The notes: generated by a model not told the origin, from the letters alone. Positions 45,075 to 54,385 are shown, counted from the stretch's first letter. The stretch: DNA of 64,000 bases from Blastochloris sp. (GCA_034440395.1 JAWXBW010000013.1:4595-68594); one strand, 5' to 3'. Numbers and translations: made by a program.

Positions 45075-45598
45075 AAAATAGCCCTAAAGAAGAAATCCCC
45101 AACGTCCCAGTTGACCTCGTCGAGGAAACTCCGGCTCCTGAAACCAAGCCGACGCCTGAGATGCAAGTCACCCAACTCCAAGAAAAGCTTTTACGCGTTC
45201 AAGCTGATTTTGATAATTACCGCAAACGTATCACTAAGGAAAAAGAAGACTCTATTCGCTACAGTAATGAGAATCTCTTGATGGAATTACTCCCCGTGGT
45301 AGATAATTTTGAACTGGGTCTGGTGGCGGCGGAAACGGCTACGGATCCGAAATCTATCGCTATGGGAATGCAAATGGTGAAGTCACAACTTAAGCGTTTT
45401 CTGGAAGACTGTGGGGTGCAAGAAATTAATGCTATCGGTTCTATGTTTGACCCGCACCTGCACGAGGCTGTTTCACAAGAAGTATCTTCTAGCGTTCCAG
45501 ACGGCTCCATCCTATCCCAAAGCCGTAAGGGTTATAAGTTACGGGATCGATTGCTCAGGCCAGCGGTGGTCGTTGTCGCTCACGTTCCAGCAGCATAA
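45071..45598 (+). CDS. grpE: Nucleotide exchange factor GrpE
   Basis: 175 aa. LLRVQADFDNYRKRITKEKE, LLPVVDNFE, FDPHLHEAV, and GYKLRDRLLRPAVVVV. The ATG overlaps the PP2C stop (ATGA at 45071..45074). Confidence 0.85.
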   Translation: MKNSPKEEIPNVPVDLVEETPAPETKPTPEMQVTQLQEKLLRVQADFDNYRKRITKEKEDSIRYSNENLLMELLPVVDNFELGLVAAETATDPKSIAMGMQMVKSQLKRFLEDCGVQEINAIGSMFDPHLHEAVSQEVSSSVPDGSILSQSRKGYKLRDRLLRPAVVVVAHVPAA

Positions 45599-45632
45599 AT
45601 AGATTTTTCACTTAACCCTCTCTCCCCCGATT

Positions 45633-46799
45633 ATGAGTTCACGGACTGTCCAACGTTGTTATTACGAAATTCTTTGTGTAACCAAAACCGCTTCGGAAGA
45701 AGAAATTAAAAAATCTTACCGCAAGCAGGCTATTAAACATCACCCCGATAAAAACCCTGGTGATAAAACGGCGGAAGATAAATTCAAAGAGTTGGGGGAA
45801 GCTTATGAAATTATTAGCGACCAAGATAAGCGCGCCGCCTACGACCGCTACGGACATCAAGCTTTTAAACAGGGCGGTGCTGGTGCGGGCGGTTTTGGCG
45901 GAGGCGGAGGTTTCCACGATCCCTTTGACGTCTTCCGCGAGGTTTTCGGTTCTGGTGGCGGAGGCTCCTTTGGAGATATTTTTGAGCAAGCTTTCAGTGG
46001 CAGTAGTGGTGGGGCTTCCCGGCAAGGTCGTGGATCCGACTTACGCTATGATTTAGAGATCACGTTAGAAGAAGCGGTGCGCGGTTGTGAAAAAGAAATT
46101 TCTTTACGTAAGTATGAGGAGTGCGAGGCCTGCTCTGGAACGGGAGCTTCCCCTGGCTCTAAAGTTACAACCTGTCCGACATGCCGTGGAGCTGGGCAAG
46201 TGAACGTGTCGCGCGGATTTTTCTCGATGGCTCAAACGTGTCCAACCTGTCGTGGTAAGGGTGTGATTATTGAGAAACCTTGTGTTAAATGTCATGGAGA
46301 AGGCCGCGTAGAAAAAACTTCTAAAATTAAAATTCGCATACCAGCTGGGGTTGATTCAGGTTCGCGCCTACGCTCGTCAGGTCAGGGAGAAGCAGGCACA
46401 CGAGGTGGATCCGCTGGGGATCTGTACATTGTGGTGCATGTAAAGGAACACGCCCTTTTTATTCGCCAAGAATCAGATCTTTATTGTGAAGTTCCCATCA
46501 GTTTCGCTAAAGCTACTTTGGGAGGTGAGATCATGGTTCCTACCTTAGAAGGAAAAGCCTCCATAAAAGTTCCTTCGGGAACTCAGAGTGGTAAGCTTTT
46601 CCGTTTACGGGGTAAAGGCGTTCCAGACCTACGTGGTAGCCACCACGGAGACTTGAACATTCGTGTCATGGTGGAGGTTCCAACCAAGCTTAATTCTGAG
46701 CAAAAAAAGAAGCTGGAAGAATTTGCTGAACTCTGTGGCGATGAAACGCATCCCGAATCCAATTCTTTTTTTGATAAAGCTAAAGATTTTTTTAAATAA
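45633..46799 (+). CDS. dnaJ: Molecular chaperone DnaJ
   Basis: 388 aa. J domain YYEILCV...[19 protein letters not shown], a G/F-rich region, and four CxxCxGxG zinc motifs ([32 protein letters not shown]). Confidence 0.95.
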   Translation: MSSRTVQRCYYEILCVTKTASEEEIKKSYRKQAIKHHPDKNPGDKTAEDKFKELGEAYEIISDQDKRAAYDRYGHQAFKQGGAGAGGFGGGGGFHDPFDVFREVFGSGGGGSFGDIFEQAFSGSSGGASRQGRGSDLRYDLEITLEEAVRGCEKEISLRKYEECEACSGTGASPGSKVTTCPTCRGAGQVNVSRGFFSMAQTCPTCRGKGVIIEKPCVKCHGEGRVEKTSKIKIRIPAGVDSGSRLRSSGQGEAGTRGGSAGDLYIVVHVKEHALFIRQESDLYCEVPISFAKATLGGEIMVPTLEGKASIKVPSGTQSGKLFRLRGKGVPDLRGSHHGDLNIRVMVEVPTKLNSEQKKKLEEFAELCGDETHPESNSFFDKAKDFFK

Positions 46800-46829
46800 A
46801 TCCGCTCAACCGATTAACCACACTATTCA

Positions 46830-47570
46830 ATGTCCATTCCACGTTTTTATTGTTTAGATTTTTCTGAAGCTTGTTTAAGCGAGGAAGAGTCGCACCATGC
46901 TCACACGGTTTTGCGTTTGAAAGAAGGAGATCAGATTAGTTTGTTTGACGGTAAGGGCGCGGAAGCTAAAGCGCAAATCTTGCAGACCGATAAATGTTCG
47001 TTACGCTACAAGATTATTACTCAGAACAGAAGTTTTCTGAGGAACTTTCAGCTCACTTTAGGACAAGCCATTCCTAAGGGGAAGTCGATGGATTTTATTG
47101 TGCAAAAAAGCACAGAACTTGGTGTGGCTGTCATTGCGCCGATTTTATCAGACCGTAGCGTAGTTCAATTAGAAGGCGAAAAAATCGAATCCAAACAACA
47201 GAAGTGGAGTCAGACCGCCTTAGAAGCTTGTAAGCAGTGCGGGCAAAATTACCTACCCACTGTTTCCCCTGCAGTTAAACTCGGGGATTTTTTGGAGAAC
47301 TATCGCAAGTCCAGTGCTTTGAAACTTATCGCCTCTCTTCAATCTGATGCCAAGCCGCTCCGAGCCACCTTAGCGGAAGCTCGGGAGAATGGCATGAAGT
47401 TAAGCGAAGTCATTTATTTGATCGGACCTGAGGGGGATTTTACGCCCTCTGAAATTGGTCAAGCCCGCAGTGCTGGTTATCTTCCTGTATCCTTAGGGCC
47501 GAATATCTTAAGAACTGAAACTGCCACACTTTTCCTGACCAGTGCTTTGCTTTACGAGCTACAGAGTTGA
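46830..47570 (+). CDS. rsmE: 16S rRNA (uracil1498-N3)-methyltransferase RsmE
   Basis: 246 aa. RFY..., HHAHTVLRLKEGD, QKSTELGV, and IGPEGDFTPSEI...LGPNILRTETA. Confidence 0.8.
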   Translation: MSIPRFYCLDFSEACLSEEESHHAHTVLRLKEGDQISLFDGKGAEAKAQILQTDKCSLRYKIITQNRSFLRNFQLTLGQAIPKGKSMDFIVQKSTELGVAVIAPILSDRSVVQLEGEKIESKQQKWSQTALEACKQCGQNYLPTVSPAVKLGDFLENYRKSSALKLIASLQSDAKPLRATLAEARENGMKLSEVIYLIGPEGDFTPSEIGQARSAGYLPVSLGPNILRTETATLFLTSALLYELQS

Positions 47571-47658
47571 AACATTGAGATGGTAATTAAACAGTTACCG
47601 TTTCGTTACTTTAATAAAAGGCGGCAAAGTTTTATGCACTTGCCCAGCAATTCATTGA

Positions 47659-49146
47659 TTACAACTCGATCCAGCTGTTGCCGTCTTTTTGGAGGAGCAG
47701 TTCGGATTCGTTCGGACCCCAACTGCCTTCGGGGTATAGAGCTATGGGGGCTTCAGCCCAGCCGCTGGTGACGGCATCCACGATCCGCCAAGCTTCCAGC
47801 ACTTCATCCGCACGGGTGAAGAGGGTGGAGTCGCCCACGATAAAGTCGTGCAATAGCCGTTCATAAGCTTCGGGGGAGTAAGAGCCGAATTTTGATTTGT
47901 AAGCGAAGTCCATGTCAACGGATCCCATAGCACTTTTCCCTGGTATTTTAGCATTGAAGCGTAGGTGGATACCTTCATCAGGCTGGAGGCGGATGTGTAA
48001 ACGGTTACGGTGAAGTTGTTCACAGTTATCAGTGCTTTTAAATAGAGCAAGGGGCGGGCGTTTAAAGACGACGACGATTTCGCTAGCGCGTTTATTCAGT
48101 GCCTTACCGGTTCGGAGGTAGAAGGGAACGCCAGCCCAGCGCCAGTTATCTATTGTAAGTTTTAGGCCTACGTAGGTTTCTGTTTTAGATTCGGGTGCTA
48201 CACGATCGCTGCTGCGGTAGCCTTCGTATTGGGCGCGGATGGCGATTTTAGCGACGTCTTCTGGCGTAGGGGTGTTGATGGACTTTAGGACTTTTACTTT
48301 TTCATCGCGAATGGCGTCTGAGTTTAAGCTGCCGGGAGGTTCCATAGCGGTGATGGTGAGGAGTTGCATGAGATGGTTTTGCACCATGTCTCGCACGGCA
48401 CCGACGCCGTCATAGTAGCCGCCGCGGGTCCCCACGCCTTCTGCCTCCGCTACGGTGATCTGGACGTGATCTATGAGGGAACGGTTCCATAGAGGTTCGT
48501 AAATCGAGTTGGCAAAGCGGAAGTAGATGAGGTTTTGAACGGTTTCTTTTCCGAGATAGTGGTCGATGCGGTAGAGGGCGGATTCGGCAATGACGTCTTG
48601 GAGGGAGGTAACGAGATTTTTGGCGGATTGGTAGTCGTGACCGAAAGGTTTTTCAATAACTACGCGGCCTTCTTCGTCTCCCGTGCCGACTAGGCCGACG
48701 TGGTTTAACTGTTCGACGACTTCTTGAAAAAACTCAGGGGCAGTGGCTAGGTAAAAAAGGAATTGCTGAATACCTTTGGCTTTTTGGAGGGCTTGAAGTT
48801 TAACTTTTAGGCTTTCGTAAGCTGTGGGGTCGTCGAAATTACCGTTATGGTAGCTGACGTGGGATTTAAAGTTGTCCCAGTCGGAAGTTTCGATGGGGGC
48901 AAAGCGGGAGAATTTTTTTGTGCCTTCTTCCATTTCTTCACGGAAGGAGTCATTTGATTTTTCCCGGCGGGCAAACCCGATAATTTCGAATTGGTCAGGT
49001 AAGGCTTTCTCTTTGAAAAGACCAAAGACGCCAGGGACGAGTTTACGCTTGGTCAGATCGCCGCTGGCACCGAAGATGACGAGGGCGAAAGGCTTGGCAT
49101 TCCGCCCGGGTTGGGTGCTGGGACTGGGGTTAGGTTCCTGAAACAT
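47659..49146 (-). CDS. zwf: Glucose-6-phosphate 1-dehydrogenase
   Basis: 495 aa. FGASGDLTKRKL, RIDHYLGKE, and MVQNHLMQLL. Confidence 0.9.
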   Translation of the reverse strand: MFQEPNPSPSTQPGRNAKPFALVIFGASGDLTKRKLVPGVFGLFKEKALPDQFEIIGFARREKSNDSFREEMEEGTKKFSRFAPIETSDWDNFKSHVSYHNGNFDDPTAYESLKVKLQALQKAKGIQQFLFYLATAPEFFQEVVEQLNHVGLVGTGDEEGRVVIEKPFGHDYQSAKNLVTSLQDVIAESALYRIDHYLGKETVQNLIYFRFANSIYEPLWNRSLIDHVQITVAEAEGVGTRGGYYDGVGAVRDMVQNHLMQLLTITAMEPPGSLNSDAIRDEKVKVLKSINTPTPEDVAKIAIRAQYEGYRSSDRVAPESKTETYVGLKLTIDNWRWAGVPFYLRTGKALNKRASEIVVVFKRPPLALFKSTDNCEQLHRNRLHIRLQPDEGIHLRFNAKIPGKSAMGSVDMDFAYKSKFGSYSPEAYERLLHDFIVGDSTLFTRADEVLEAWRIVDAVTSGWAEAPIALYPEGSWGPNESELLLQKDGNSWIEL

Positions 49147-49211
49147 AGAGGTTAGATTTTATGGCCGGGCTCGCATTGAAGGTAGCGGGGAAGTGAAGTA
49201 AACTTCAACAT

Positions 49212-49886
49212 TTACTTCACGCAGTTGTAGATGGAAAGAAGTTCACTCTTAGACTCGATCCGTGCAGCGGGGAAGGTTGTGTCGGTTTTTGTTTCCAGCT
49301 TGGTGAGCCATTCTTGTTTTCCAGCGCCCTTTGAAACGAAAAGAATTTCCCGGGCTTGGAAGAAAAGGCGGTAGGTCATGGTGAGGCGCACGCCATCCAC
49401 TTGGGGCACCCAGCACTGTGTGGTGTAGTGGGAATCTTCTAACAAGGCTGGGGTTCCAGGAAAAAGCGAAGCGGTGTGACCGTCATTTCCCACGCCTAAG
49501 AGAACGAGGTCGAAGCGCGGTGGGTGGCCTAATTCTTTACTGATGCGGCGGCGGTAATCCAGAGCCGCTTCCTCAGGCTTGGCTAATTCTGTGCGCCAAC
49601 GCTCCAGCCTAATTTTATGCGGATAGAAACATTCGTAGATCATACGGTAGTTACTGTCCGCATGGTCGGAGGGGACCCAACGCTCGTCCCCAATAAAAAG
49701 AACGGTGGAAGACCAAGGCCAATCCGTCTTCGCTAAAGCCTTGTAGAAACTCTCTGGGCTAGAGCCGCCGGAGAGGGAAACATAGAAAGTGCCGCGAGCA
49801 TTTAAGGCTTCGGTTCCGAGTTCACGCCATTTTGCGATGAGGGCATCTATCCATTCCTGTTCCGTTTCAAATTTAGTATGATTCAT
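49212..49886 (-). CDS. pgl: 6-phosphogluconolactonase
   Basis: 224 aa. LSGGSSP and LLGVGNDGHTASLFPG. It lies immediately upstream of zwf on the same strand. Confidence 0.8.
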   Translation of the reverse strand: MNHTKFETEQEWIDALIAKWRELGTEALNARGTFYVSLSGGSSPESFYKALAKTDWPWSSTVLFIGDERWVPSDHADSNYRMIYECFYPHKIRLERWRTELAKPEEAALDYRRRISKELGHPPRFDLVLLGVGNDGHTASLFPGTPALLEDSHYTTQCWVPQVDGVRLTMTYRLFFQAREILFVSKGAGKQEWLTKLETKTDTTFPAARIESKSELLSIYNCVK

Positions 49887-49987
49887 GAGCTAAGATATGA
49901 ACGGGAAAAATTCAAGCTTAAGCAAGGAAAAATTAACTTCCTTTTCTTCTTCCCAGCGGTAAAGAAAAGCGTTAGAGACAGTGCGCT

Positions 49988-50722
49988 ATGGGACTGCTTC
50001 AGAATCTTGACCTCACGACACAAATCCAAGAGAAGGCTGATTATAAGGCTAAACTTTTAAAATATCAGCTGGATCTACTCATGCTGCAAAGGCGTCTGCT
50101 TGAGTCGAAGCAAAACCTAATCATAGTTGTTGAAGGGCCTGATGCTGCTGGTAAAGGCGGCGTGATTAAGCGGTTTAATGAGCATTTAGATCCGAGGCAT
50201 ATCCGAGTTTACTCCACTATTAAGCCGACAGAAGATGAACTGCGGCATCATTACTTTTGGCGATTTTGGACAAAAATTCCTGCTCAGGGAGAGATCGCCA
50301 TTTTTGATCGTAGTTGGTATGGACGTGTTTTAGTGGAGAGAGTGGAGGGGTTTGCTACGAAGGGGGAATGGAAGCGGGCCTACGATGAGATTAATCATTT
50401 TGAGAAATCGTTGGCGGATAATGGTTCAGTTATTCTCAAATTTTATCTGCACATCACCAAGGAAGAGCAGCTTGCTCGTTTCAAAAAACGGGAAGAAGAT
50501 CCGTATAAGCGCTGGAAAATAAATGATGAGGATTGGCGCAATCGCGAGAAATGGGATCTGCATAATGAGGCAGCAGAAGAGATGTTTGAAAAAACAAACC
50601 AGCCTCACGCACCTTGGCATTTAATCGAAGGCAACTTCAAGTGGCACGCGCGGGTCAAGGTGTTAAGAACTGTGGCGAAGGCGTTAGAGTCCGCTCTAGG
50701 TAAGACAAAGGAGCCTGCTTAA
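49988..50722 (+). CDS. ppk2: Polyphosphate kinase 2 family protein (single PPK2 domain)
   Basis: 244 aa. VVEGPDAAGKGGVIKR (Walker A-like), FDRSWYGRVLVERVEG, and KRWKINDEDW. Confidence 0.8.
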   Translation: MGLLQNLDLTTQIQEKADYKAKLLKYQLDLLMLQRRLLESKQNLIIVVEGPDAAGKGGVIKRFNEHLDPRHIRVYSTIKPTEDELRHHYFWRFWTKIPAQGEIAIFDRSWYGRVLVERVEGFATKGEWKRAYDEINHFEKSLADNGSVILKFYLHITKEEQLARFKKREEDPYKRWKINDEDWRNREKWDLHNEAAEEMFEKTNQPHAPWHLIEGNFKWHARVKVLRTVAKALESALGKTKEPA

Positions 50723-50753
50723 TCTGAAAGGACTAAGATTCTGGATATAATCT

Positions 50754-51188
50754 ATGACGTCTCAACTTCCTGATCGGCCTGAATTGACTTCACGCGTTAA
50801 GGTATATTTTTATGACACAGATGCGGGTGGGGTCGTGCATAACATCGCCTACCTTCGCATGGTGGAGCAGGTGCGTTCGGATTTTGCGGAATTGTTAGGT
50901 TGGAAATTAGGAGAGATGACACGTGGGGGGGATTGCCCTGTTGTGGCCCGGACGGAGATTGATTACGTGAAGCCTGCCCGGCTGGGGGATACCTTAATTA
51001 TTGGCGTCAAGTTGGTGCGTATGGAGAAAGTCCGTTTTCATCTGGAGTTTACGATTCAGCGTGATTTAGATGAGGTTTTATTGAGCCGAGTTAAGCAGGT
51101 TATGGTGCCCGTCTCCTTAGCCACGATGCGGCCCGTGGCTTTAAGAAAAGATTGGCTGGCGAAGTGGCCTGAGTTGAGTTCGGTTTAG
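50754..51188 (+). CDS. YbgC/4HBT-type acyl-CoA thioesterase
   Basis: 144 aa. VYFYDTDAGGVVHNIAYLRMVEQVR matches the hotdog-fold YbgC signature. Confidence 0.7.
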   Translation: MTSQLPDRPELTSRVKVYFYDTDAGGVVHNIAYLRMVEQVRSDFAELLGWKLGEMTRGGDCPVVARTEIDYVKPARLGDTLIIGVKLVRMEKVRFHLEFTIQRDLDEVLLSRVKQVMVPVSLATMRPVALRKDWLAKWPELSSV

Positions 51189-51347
51189 GGGTTGGATTTT
51201 TTCGGGATCAATTTCTCATGCATCCTCCTGAGGACGACGGGAAGAACGCATAGGTGCTGTTTTCCTGCGTTTGGTGTCCGTCCCGCCGTGGCGGATGGAT
51301 CGTAGTCACAACTATTGGGTTCCCTTTTGGATCGTCGCAAACCGAAT

Positions 51348-51614
51348 TTAGCGGACTTCAATCAGATGGTCGCCCATTTCAACATGTTCTATAATATCGG
51401 GTAGAAGTCGCAAGAATTGAGCCAGCAGGAAGGAATTGCGGCAGTTTCCGACCCGCAACCAAATTACCACGGGAGTGGGAGTGGAAAAAATTCCAGATTG
51501 GGTCGTCCTCGGATTCACGCAGCCCGACGTCTACTACATGCTCAGCTTGATGCCCATGAGCCGCCAAGATCCGGGCTAGGCTCGGGGTAAATTAGCATCA
51601 ACAACAAACCGCAT
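51348..51614 (-). pseudogene. DUF5615 (PIN-like, Mut7-C-type) gene remnant with frameshifts and an internal deletion
   Basis: The minus strand from ATG 51614 reads MRFVVDANLPRA then a stop. The -1 frame continues LARILAAHGHQAEHVVDVGLRESEDDPIWNFFHSHS. A third frame gives PVVIWLRVGNCRNSFLLAQFLRLLPDIIEHVEMGDHLIEVR*. The central vlvT.D.DF block expected in this family is missing. Confidence 0.55.
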
Positions 51615-51616
51615 GA

Positions 51617-51841
51617 TCACACCATTTGTAATACGGTGTGATCAACTTGGTCGGCGGCATACTGGAGTCAGGCATGAATGTCTGCCTCCTCGAGATTAGG
51701 ATAATCTTGAAGGATCTCGGCGTGGCTAGACCCATGAGCCAGCAGTTCCAAAACGTCCTTAACTCGCATCCGTATTCCTCAGATGCAGGGTCTACCTCCG
51801 CATTGCTTAGGATTGAACGTAATACGATCTATATGATTCAT
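51617..51841 (-). pseudogene. DUF433 (antitoxin-like) gene with two in-frame TGA codons
   Basis: The minus strand from ATG 51841 reads MNHIDRITFNPKQCGGRPCI*GIRMRVKDVLELLAHGSSHAEILQDYPNLEEADIHA*LQYAADQVDHTVLQMV*. This is the DUF433 signature (CGGkPCIRGtRi.V..il..la.G.s.eeIl.dYP.L..edi.a.l.YA). The stops are at 51781..51779 (conserved Arg position) and 51670..51668. Confidence 0.65.
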
Positions 51842-52056
51842 AATTATAAGTTACCAAGGCTCAAACCTTTTGCGGGTATTCATTTTTCTCGGCGGAAAGG
51901 AAATACGTCACGGCATTGTTGTGTGTCCTACTTTCATTTATTCGGAAATGCTAATTGATTCATTTTTGGTGCGGAAGCCTACTGGCTACGAACAGTTCAA
52001 CAGTTCATATGGCTGTCCCCCTCTAGCGGAACAAGGGGGAGATTAGAAGAATTTCA

Positions 52057-53238
52057 TTAAAAATCTTCAAAAAGCTCACGCTGTTTTTCTTGGTCCAGTC
52101 TGCTTAATAGGGAGAGGCAACGGGCAGTAAACCATGATAGGGCGACGCCGAAAAGGAGGGGGAAGAGGTGCCACCAGATTTTTCCTAGCTCGTAGGAGAA
52201 GTAGGAACCTAGGAGGCAAAGTGTTAGATAAACGAGAAGTAAGGATAAGCTGACAGGACGTGAAGGGATTAGGGCAAAGGCACCTGCGGCTGAACAGGCA
52301 CTGACGATAATAAGTAGGTAAAAGAAACTGTTTAGTTCGCTGGTGAATCGTTGAGAGAGGAGTTGGCGTAAGGTCTGGTCTTGCAGATAAACGGAAGGGA
52401 GCGCCCCAGCGGGGCTGGTCACGGGAGAATAGGTGCCGGGGGCTTCGGTGCCGACGAGTATTATTCTGCGCCGGATTTCGTGAAAGCCTTCTAAGCCGCT
52501 ACCGCCGTTGCGTAAATCTTCGGCTGAGATAATGGCGGAATAAAATTCGGTAGCGTCCGCCTTTTTACTGAAGATATTATAATGGATCAAGGTGCGGCAC
52601 TCGGCATCTACGGGGATAGTTAGGAGGAGTTTATTTTCTTTGTTTCTTAGGGTAATATGTTCATTAGGCAGTATTTTACTGGCTGACCAGTCAGCTCCTA
52701 GGTGGCTGGCAACGACTTGCAGGGCAAAGGAGGCTTGCCACGTGTTATTAGTCCAAAGAGCCAAAGCGACTTTTTCTAGAGGCTGGTTAGGGGATTGTAG
52801 CCAACGCGAAGGAGCCGTGTTAGCTGCGGAAACGAAGGGGGCTGGGACGGATCGGGGGCTAGTCTGGGAGATGATGACGGAGGGGAAGCGAGCCATTTGG
52901 TTGGCTAATTGGATGTCGTAGATGGGATAAAGGGGATCACCTTCTTCTATGGGCAGATCAAGTGCCATGACCGAGGGAGAAAAAGGGCTCAGCGTATTTA
53001 AGAGAATAGCGTAGTCTAGGCTAGACCAAGGCCATGCTTGGCCATCTATTTTTTTAATGGTAACGAGCTCAATGGGTAGTTCTGGAACGGCGGGGTCGAG
53101 TTGTTGATAATAACGCAGTAATTTGTAATCCCACTTATGGAGGAGCTGGGACTGCCAGAGTAGGCAGGAGAGCCCCGCACATAAGACAACAGCGAGCCAA
53201 GGCAAAAGCGTGAGAAAGAGCAGGCGGATTCGTTCCAT
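52057..53238 (-). CDS. Stand-alone CHASE2-domain membrane protein (no output domain)
   Basis: 393 aa. One N-terminal TM, a roughly 290-aa extracytoplasmic region with WDYKLLRYY...IELVTIKKIDGQAWPWSSLDYAILLNTLSPFSPSVMALDLPIEE (CHASE2-like), then three C-terminal TM helices and only about 20 cytoplasmic residues. Confidence 0.5.
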   Translation of the reverse strand: MERIRLLFLTLLPWLAVVLCAGLSCLLWQSQLLHKWDYKLLRYYQQLDPAVPELPIELVTIKKIDGQAWPWSSLDYAILLNTLSPFSPSVMALDLPIEEGDPLYPIYDIQLANQMARFPSVIISQTSPRSVPAPFVSAANTAPSRWLQSPNQPLEKVALALWTNNTWQASFALQVVASHLGADWSASKILPNEHITLRNKENKLLLTIPVDAECRTLIHYNIFSKKADATEFYSAIISAEDLRNGGSGLEGFHEIRRRIILVGTEAPGTYSPVTSPAGALPSVYLQDQTLRQLLSQRFTSELNSFFYLLIIVSACSAAGAFALIPSRPVSLSLLLVYLTLCLLGSYFSYELGKIWWHLFPLLFGVALSWFTARCLSLLSRLDQEKQRELFEDF

Positions 53239-53405
53239 GTCTCTTATTACACGTTTAAGAGTAACAAGGGGAGAAAATTAGTGAATACCAGCGTGAAAGA
53301 AGTATTGATCCAGCTAATTAAGCAACGAGGGGAACTAATTTCAAGAATTTAAAGAACTTTTACTTGCCATGAGGTAAAGCCTACGGCTTAATTTCGCCCT
53401 CATTT

Positions 53406-54302
53406 ATGTTTCTGTTTCATTTAGCTTCAACACTAGAACCTCACGCAACAGGTGCGCACAGCGAGCATGTTCCCCTGCCCATGATTGCTCCTAAACTTTT
53501 TGAGGTGTTCGGTTTGCCTGTGACGAACTCCATGTTGGTCTCATCGGTAGTGGCAGTGGTTATTATTATTTTCGCTCAAGTTGCTTTACGTAATGTTTCT
53601 TTAATCCCTAGTCCCGCTCAAAACTTTTTTGAAATACTGATTGAAAAACTTAGTGTCGTGCTTGAGGGCGTGCTGGGTTGGGATTTGCTGAAGCAGACTT
53701 TTTGGTTCTTTGCCTCTATTTTTATTTTCATCATGGCCTGCAATTTACAGGCACTCATGCCTGGTGTAGGCACGATCGGCGTGGGTACTGGCCCAACATG
53801 GTATAATCTTAATCAGGTGTCTCATCCCTTTATGCGTGGTGCGAATGCGGACGCAAATATGACCTTGGCTCTGGCTTTGTCTTTCTTCGCCATGTGGATA
53901 TTCTGGGCCTTGAAGTTTAATGGGCCTGTTGGTGTTGTGAAGCATTTATTTATCCCGAATGCTAAAATGCCTACAGGGATTTTTATCATTGTGTTACCTT
54001 TCTTTATTTTTGTCGGGTTCATTGAAATTATTTCCATCATGGTGCGCCCTGTCTCCTTGACCTTCCGTTTGTTTGGAAACATTTATGGCGGCGAAGCCAT
54101 CATCGACCAAATCAAACACATGGCTCCTTCGATTTGGATGAAAGCCCTAGCTCTTCTTCCTGTTTACACCTACGAGCTTCTCGTGGCTTTGGTGCAGGCA
54201 CTCGTTTTTTGTCTCCTCACCGCGGTCTTCACGGCTTTAATTTGCCGTCATGATGACCATGGGGATAAGCATGCGGATAAACATGGGGAGAAAGCCCATT
54301 AA
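53406..54302 (+). CDS. atpB: F0F1 ATP synthase subunit a
   Basis: 298 aa. The essential-Arg helix VSLTFRLFGNIYGGE and 5-6 TM helices. His-rich C-terminal tail CRHDDHGDKHADKHGEKAH. Confidence 0.85.
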   Translation: MFLFHLASTLEPHATGAHSEHVPLPMIAPKLFEVFGLPVTNSMLVSSVVAVVIIIFAQVALRNVSLIPSPAQNFFEILIEKLSVVLEGVLGWDLLKQTFWFFASIFIFIMACNLQALMPGVGTIGVGTGPTWYNLNQVSHPFMRGANADANMTLALALSFFAMWIFWALKFNGPVGVVKHLFIPNAKMPTGIFIIVLPFFIFVGFIEIISIMVRPVSLTFRLFGNIYGGEAIIDQIKHMAPSIWMKALALLPVYTYELLVALVQALVFCLLTAVFTALICRHDDHGDKHADKHGEKAH

Positions 54303-54385
54303 GCCGTCACCACTTTGGCTGTCAGACGGTGGCATCAACTGCCGGGGCACTCGAAACAACACTCAAACTAAGAAAAAACAAAACT

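Noticed and set aside
54329-54385. GTG 54329 as the atpE start (81-aa product)
   Set aside because: The extra N-terminal 19 residues (MASTAGALETTLKLRKNKT) are unlike c-subunit N-termini, and ATG 54386 gives the canonical two-helix protein.
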